A DNA stretch of 64,000 nucleotides from Azolla caroliniana (Eukaryota; Plantae; Polypodiophyta), in NCBI GenBank assembly GCA_043228905.1, contig JBHGNT010000010.1, positions 10,664,001 through 10,728,000 of the forward strand, given 5' to 3'. The notes below the pieces were generated by a model, which saw only the letters and a list, made by a program, of their open reading frames with translations, did no database searches and was not told the DNA's origin. Shown here one piece after another: positions 57,002 to 64,000 of this stretch (position 1 is its first letter; every line of letters starts with the position of its first letter). The translations under genes and the position numbers were made by a program.

Positions 57002-60000
57002 TGTTGTTTATGATGTTCGGGTGTGTATGCGGAAGTATGTAGAAACATGTCTGTTATGGCTAAGCAAACAACAAGTAAAGTATGGCAGGAGAATAAACAT
57101 AAGAATAGACACAATTTTGGGCTTTAATGGAAGCTTTCGTTATTTCATTGTTCTTTATCTCTCTCTCCCTGAGACTCAAGATACAAGAATGATCAAGAGA
57201 CTGTTTTACAACGTTAGGTTACTGCTTATATATTACGCCCTAACTCTTTAGAAGGGTTCACACTAGGATACAAAGTGGAAGGAGTCAGCCTTTTATGCCA
57301 ACAAACTTGCCCCTAAAAGGACTACTCTTTCCTACATGTACAAGTGATTGGGGTTATCTTCCCCGTAAAGCTAGATTACAAAATTAATCCAAAATTATAT
57401 TACAAGACAATCGACATGTAGTCGATTTGGCAAAACTGAAGTCAATGTCTAGCCTGATTCGGTTGGTTCAAATCAGTCGAATCGACTTGCTCGAATTGTT
57501 CTTCATTCGAATTTGTCTAATTGTCGTAATCGACTTGTGTCAGGCTTGCTTGTTTAAGCTCTTGTGCTCCTCGCTCGGCTTTTTTCTGCTTGGTTGCTTG
57601 TCACAGTCCCATCTTTGTCCTCAGTGGTCCAAAGCATTGATCTGGGGGTGGTTTCGTATGGCAATCAACGATGTTCACCCCGATGTTGATCTTCCTAACT
57701 TTGAGCTTCTTCTCGGTTACTAGCTCTCGAATATGATGGTACTACACCTCGATATGCTTTGTCTTTGCATGATAGACAAGATTATTGATGAGGTTTATTG
57801 CGCTTTGTGAGTCGTACGTAGTAGATGGTCAGCGTTGGTTGATCAGTTTGGCTCATATACCTCTTCCTTTGCTACTTCTAATGCTGCTATGTACTCGGCC
57901 TCTGTGGCCGACAGAGCCGTGCACTCTTGGAGGTTTGACCTCCATGATATAACGTTGTCACCATAGGTGAAGGTGTAACCTGATGTCGACATCCGATTGT
58001 TCGAGTTCTCGGCATAGTCGGAGTCGGTATGGCCTTCAACTTCGGTTGATTTTGCCGATCCGAAAGTTAGTTGTGCATCTTCGGTCCCTCTTAGGTACCT
58101 AAAGATGTGCTTGACAACCTCCCAATGCTTCTGTCCTGGGTTTGACATGTAGCGGTTGACGATCTCTAAGGCATAGGCTAGGTCGGATCGGGTAGCCACC
58201 ATCGTGTACATGATACTTCCTACGGCCGATGCATAGGGTATCTTTCCATTAAGCTCTTTCTCCTCGTTCGTCGAAGGAGAGTCTTTGTCCAATAGTCAGA
58301 TCGACGTCAGAAGTGGTTTTGGTGCCGGTTTCGCGTTCTCCATGTTGAAGCACCTCAACACCTTTTGTATGTAGTCGGATTGGGAGAGTTGAAGAGTTTT
58401 TGTTGTCCGATTTCTCTCTATCCTCATGCCCAATATGTGTTGGGCTTGTTCGAGTTCCTTCATTGCAATTTTTTTGTGAAGGCTCCACTTTAGCTTTCCG
58501 ATATTGGCTTGATTGCTTCCTACAATCAGCATGTCTTCGACATAAAGGAGTAGATAGATCCGGGACTCGTCGGCCAGTTACCGAATATACATACATGGGT
58601 CGAAATCGGATTGGCGGTAGCTGAGTTTTCGGATGTAGGAGTGAACTTTTGGTACCACATCCTTGGTGCTTGTTTTAAGCCGTAAAGGCTTTTCTTCAAT
58701 CAACATATGAGGTGACCTTCCTCCCTTGTCGCCGTGAAGCGTGCCGGTTGAGACATGTAAATGGCTTCTTCTAGATTTCTGTGTAGGAACGTCGTCTTTA
58801 CGTCCATCTGCTCGAGCTCTAGGTCTTTTGTCGCCACGACCCCTAATAGGAGCCAAAGGGTGGTCAGCTTGACTACTGGTGAGAATATCTCGTTGTAGTC
58901 GACCCCATGCTCCTATTTGAACTCCTTCGTGATGAGTCGAGCTTTGTATTTGGGCTTTTCCAAATCAGATACATATTTGTAGGGTAGCAACTTCCTTCCA
59001 ACTGGTAGTTTGACCAACTCCCATGTCCGATTATGATGAATCGAGTCCATCTCCAATTGCATGGTTTGTAGCCATGTGTCGACATCCGATGTGGCTATGG
59101 CTTCTTCATATGTGCTTGGTTTGCCTGCATTAGTGTAGTTGACGTAGTCGAGGCCCGGTTGATAGAACTCTGTTTGTGTTCGAACTCGTCCGGATCTCCT
59201 GATTGCCGATCTTGTCGGTTCAACTGCTTCAGTTGGTTCAGTTGGCCGATTGGAATTACTTAGACCGTCTTCAGGAGTCCTTCGGGATGATGCGCCCCTT
59301 TGATAGGATTTCGACATCTTCAAATCATCCTCCCTGTTTTCGGGATTGTTTGACATGGAGGTAGGGGACTTAGTCGACTCGGGTCTGTTTGTCTTTTTGG
59401 CCTTGGGTGTTTCGGTCGGGTCAACTCTGTCTCTTTCAACTCTATCGTTTTTGACTCGCACCTTGTCGATATTGCCTTTTTCGGCTCTTGTTGATTCAGC
59501 TTTGTCTTCAAGTTCGACTAGTGGACCTCCTACCGATCCGGAGTTGGCAGGTGTGTTGCCGGCTTGGTCGAGTTCGACTGTTTGTCGAAGCTTTGATTCG
59601 GCTTGGTGGGTCGGTCTTTCTACAATATCTCTGTCAATTTCGAAAGAGACCTTTTTGCCCACTATTTTCTGCAGGTTCCACTCAAAGAGGATAGAGTCTT
59701 CATTGAAGACCACATCACTGCCCCAGATCAATTTCCAGTTCTCTAGGTCCCATCGGCTGTAGCCAAATTCCCCATCGGTTCCATAATCGAGAAATATGCA
59801 TTTTGTTGCATGGGGTGCCAACTTGGTCCTTTTCTCCCTGGGGATGAATGCGTAGGCTTCGCATACGAATATACGGAGCCTATCATAGGTCGATTGTTTG
59901 CTTGACGATAGTACCTGTGGCACTTCGAGCCTGATTACTTTCGACGATGATAGGTTGATCAGATATACTCCTGTCTACAATGCTTCGACCTAGAACTCCA

Positions 60001-62119
60001 GCTTTAGTCCGGCTTGATGGAGCATTGCCGTCACCCTCTCTTGGATCATTCTGTTGATCCGTTCGTCCACTCCATTTTGCATGGGTGTGTATGGAATAGT
60101 CTTTTGATGTCGGATCCCTTTGTCAGACAAGTACTATTTGAAGGCTCAGGAGGTATATTCGCTTCGGTTGTCGGATCAAAGTGTCTTCACTCTGTGTCCT
60201 AACCGATTCTCCACTTCGACTAACCATCGGGTGAAGATCTGTCGCGCTTCATTTTTGGACCTAATCGAATAGGCCCAGAACTTCCGTGTACAATCATCGA
60301 TGAACGTGATGAAGTACTAGTAGCCACTTAGTGATTGCTTGGGCATAAACCCACATATATTTGTGTGCATGAGCTCTAGGGGCTGTCTTACCGTCTCATA
60401 ATGGAGAGAGTGCGAACTTCGGGTCTGTTTCCCATACCGACAATGGTTGCAGAAGTTCATCTTTGCTTGGAGTTTTGGAATGTAGTCGACCGCCATTAGC
60501 CAATTGAGTCTAGCTTGAGACATATGGACGAGTCGGACATGCCATAAGTTTGGGTCGGCCTTTTTGGCTACATTCACAACCCCTTCTAGATTGATTGCCA
60601 TCATTGGATACAAGTTGTTGTACTTCTGCCCTATTCCAATTTTCAGGTTTCCACGACTGATCATCCATGCTGACTCGCTCAGAGTGGTTTTGTACCTGTC
60701 TTTGGCTAACAAGCCGATGGAGATCAGACTCCTTTTCAGTGTGGGTACACGTGGAACTTGGTATAGGACTATCGTGTTACCATTTGACAGTTGAATTGGT
60801 ACTTCGTCAATTCTTGCGATTCTACACTCTTGCCCATTGCCTAGTCAGATAGTGTCACTGGCGCCAGCCGAATAGTTCGAAAACCATTCAATGTTTGGGG
60901 TTACGTGAAATGCGGCGCCGGAGTCCAGCAACCACGTATGTGCATCTTGTGCATTGTAGAGGACTTCTCCGATCATCGAGTCCTCTAAGGAAAGGATTTC
61001 TTCGGACCATGTGTCGGCAACATTGACTCGGTTGCCGACTGGAGAGTGGTTCGAGCTAGATCGTCCTTGATTCCGCTCGGATCACCAACCACTCTCTTTC
61101 CTCATGATTGACCAACAATCGAAAACAATGTGACCTTCTTTTCTGTAGTGGGCACTAAAATCGTCTGGTCTACTAGTTCTCGACTTCGACTGTTGTTGGT
61201 CTCCCCTCGTTTTCAATTGACTATGGTGTCGATCGGTTCTGTTGGCTTGTTCTTTCGATCGACTCAGTCGAGTGGTGGGCTTCTGCCGATTTGTCGATGG
61301 TGAATCCCATCAATTTTCACCGAATATCCTCAATGAGAACTTGACTGATCGTCTCATCTAGATTTAGGATCGGATGGCTGTTGGCAAATGTCATGTAGAA
61401 TACCTCCCAACTCTCCGGCAAGCTCGATAGGAGGGCAAGGGCTTTAACTTCTTATTCGAAGTTAATCCCTTGGGAGGAGAGCTCAAACAACACCCGGCTA
61501 AAGGTGTTGATGCGGGAGGTTGCAGAATCCGACTCTCTCATCTTTATATTGAATAACTATCGAATCAATATGAGTTTCGATGAGGAGGACTTCTTTTGGT
61601 ATGTACATTGCTTGCAACTTCTCCCATAATGAGAAAGTTGTTATCTCTTTGGCCATGCTGAAACAAACATTCTTGGCCAGATGCATTCGGATGGTGGAGT
61701 GGACGATTTCGTCTAGTGATCTCCACTCTTCGGCTAACATCGTAGCGGGTTTCTCGCTATGTCAAATAGCTTCGACTTGTCTTCTGATGATCAGCACATC
61801 CTGCATCATCTCCTTCCAAGAAGAAATTTTTGCCATCGAACTTTTGGATTACAACTCTTGTTCCGGATGTTGAAGCCATATTCCCTTTTTGAAAGTGAGA
61901 TTTTACTAACCTTGTCTTCTTTTTCAACTGTCTATGCTTCTTTTGGTGCCGCCAAACCACAAGACGCTCTAATACCACTTGTTTTTTATGATGTCGGTGT
62001 GTATGCGGAAGTATGTAGAGACCTGTCTGTTATGTGCTTAGCAAATAACAAGTAAAGTATGAATAGACATAAGCATACACACAATTTTGGGCTTTAATGG
62101 AAGCTTTCGTTATTTCTCT

Positions 62120-62159
<40 letters not shown>

Positions 62160-62290
62160 AGACTCAAGATACAAGAATGATGAAGAGACCATTTTACAAC
62201 ATTAGGTTATTGATTATATATTAAGCCCTAACTCTTTAGATGGGTTCACACTGGATACAACGTGGAAGAAGTCAGCCTTTTATGCCAACA
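57002..62290 (-). mobile_element. Element K: old full-length Tork-like Copia inserted in J
   Basis: Diverged LTRs 57002-57303 and 61980-62290; iMet-like PBS 61966-61977; PPT-like aggggcaagtt; decayed TSD GAACG/AAATG. Confidence 0.82.
57600..61879 (-). pseudogene. Copia K polyprotein pseudogene
   Basis: IQKFDGKNF, WLLDSGAAFH, LWHVRLVH, PYASAVGSIMY, TEAEYIA; many lesions. Confidence 0.85.
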
Positions 62291-62297
62291 AAATGTG

Positions 62298-62754
62298 TGT
62301 TGGGTGTGTGTGGAAGAGTGAGAGACATAGAAAAAGCACAAATGCAACACTCACACAGAGAAGACAATGGCTGGAATAGTTGTCTCTATTGATGAATAAT
62401 ACTAAACTAAAGTAAGAGCTAAAATATATCCCTAAGTACTAAGTACCACCACATATGAGTGAATCACGTATGTGGTAACATGGGGAAAAAACCTCTAGCC
62501 AACACTAGAGGAAAAAGTGCCCATGTATAGGGAGAAGGTTCACATCAAAACTACTAACACATAAGTGTAACAAACCCCCCTGGAGCGAATGATGTGAACA
62601 CATATAGAGAATGACAAATCAGCTGCCACAATGCAATAAGCCTAAAGCTTCAAACTTTTCTCGTGGAAGAGCTTTGGTGAATATGTCTGCCACATTATCT
62701 TGTGTAGGCACATATACCAAATCAATATCTCCTACATGAATATGCTCGCTCACA
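62298..62754 (-). mobile_element. Element L: 3' LTR (62298-62572) and RNase H end of another Copia
   Basis: TGTT/AACA termini; G-run PPT at ~62575-62580; NVADIFTKALPREKFE at ~62640-62700. Confidence 0.7.
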
Positions 62755-63136
62755 TGTTATTATGTCAAGATTTGAACTCTTGACCTCTTGACATATATAG
62801 TCAAGTGTTGTATTCTAACCAACACATCTAAATATATGGTCATGTTATGTATATCTTAGTAGATTATTAGTAGATTATCTATGTCAAGTTTTAGGAATTT
62901 TAAGAAAGTTCTAGAGGGTTCTAGAATATTTTCCCGAATATTCTCTAAAATATTCTAATGCATGTACTTCGACTCACAGTATAAATACTTGTAACCTCCT
63001 TGGTCCTTTTCAAGGGATTTAACACCAGTCATTAACACATCAATCTAGTATTCTTGTTTAGCCCCATCTTCTCTCCTTGATGTACATCTTTGTCTTTATG
63101 TTCTTTGTATTGTTCCTAGCGTCTTAAGTTCCTCAT
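62755..63136 (+). repeat. Probable further LTR interrupting L (right end uncertain)
   Basis: L coding breaks at TGTTATT; TATAAATA near 62980 followed by ttgtaa and a pyrimidine-rich tail. Confidence 0.4.
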
Positions 63137-63865
63137 CTCATCGCTCCCAACTTCCCTATTTTCTAGCCTCATCATGTCGAGTTCCATGTTTGTAACCTTC
63201 TCTCGATCGTAGCCTTGTCATCTGTGCTTTGTCATAGTCTGGCGTTGGTGTGTTTGTGATAGTTTGAATCCCTTCCAACTAGAAGCATTACCTGTCGTCG
63301 TCATTGCTCATGCTTCTAGAGTTACCATCTTCACCGTCATTGGTTCTAGAGTTACCAATCATCAACATCCCTTCGTTTTCTATCTTCCAATCTCCATCTC
63401 TTAGTTTCTTTTCATAATCGTCTTTGTCTTTTCTCTCCTAGTTTCTTCTCATCATTATCTCTATCTCTGCACTTCTTATCATCTTCCACATCCCTATCTC
63501 CTAGTTTCTTCTCATCATCATATCTATCTTTGCACTTCTTATCATCTTCCACATCCCTAGCTTTGCATTTTTTGTCATTGTCATCCTTCTCCTTGTGTTT
63601 CCTACCGTTTTCATCTCTATCTATGTGTTTCTTATTATCTTCGTCACTTTCTCTGCGTTTCCTATCACCTTCATCGTTGTTCTTGTGTTTTCTATCATCC
63701 TTTGTATATGTGTCTTTGTGTTTCTTCAGAACCTCAGCATCTCGATCTCTATGTTTCTTATCCTCTTCATCTCTTTCTCCGCTTCCATCACTATCATAGT
63801 CAAAGTCATAGCTTCCAAATTCGCTTTGTCAACGTCATTGCCTTCATCTCTTCAGGACCGTGCAG

Positions 63866-64000
63866 GGTCGCTCACATCCATTGGTGTTCGTGTCTCCGGT
63901 GAGGACCGTACATGGTCTTCTCATGCTCGTTGGTGTTCCAGTTCCCGGTGAGGACCGCACATGGTCGCTCACGTCCGTTGGTGTTCGTGTCTCTGGTGAG
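63866..64000. repeat. ~48-bp tandem repeat (about 3 units) running off the window
   Basis: ggtc...ttggtgttc...ccggtgaggaccg.acat repeated. Confidence 0.75.

Overview
Eukaryotic non-seed land-plant DNA (fern- or bryophyte-like, inferred from the TE families). Bases 1-39.7 kb are a nest of eight LTR retrotransposons, most with resolvable LTR, PBS, PPT and TSD. An old Copia (H) hosts an Athila/Selgy-like Gypsy (C) in its RT and a Phygy-like Gypsy (D) in its 3' LTR. C hosts a sister Gypsy (B) and a Tork Copia (E); B hosts Phygy-like A; E hosts Phygy-like G; D hosts an intact Tork Copia (F). Bases 39.7-47 kb are AT-rich, with a decayed LINE and a non-autonomous hAT element. Bases 47279-50244 (-) hold a 7-exon RLCK-V-type transmembrane kinase whose catalytic Lys is replaced by Arg. 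Bases 52-64 kb hold an RTE-like LINE and a second, older Copia nest. Four observations stand out. (1) The LTR of the youngest Gypsy (G) carries three tRNA-like A-box/B-box modules and a dense RY cluster. (2) A GGAUUUU-UAG -1 frameshift site with a covarying pseudoknot sits between Gag-PR and RT in two divergent Phygy-like families. (3) All three Phygy-like insertions have 4-bp target sites centred on CpG. (4) The short-LTR elements B and C share an extra ORF 3' of pol, about 925 aa with a long coiled coil in B. Identities and counts were made by eye; no database searches were run.
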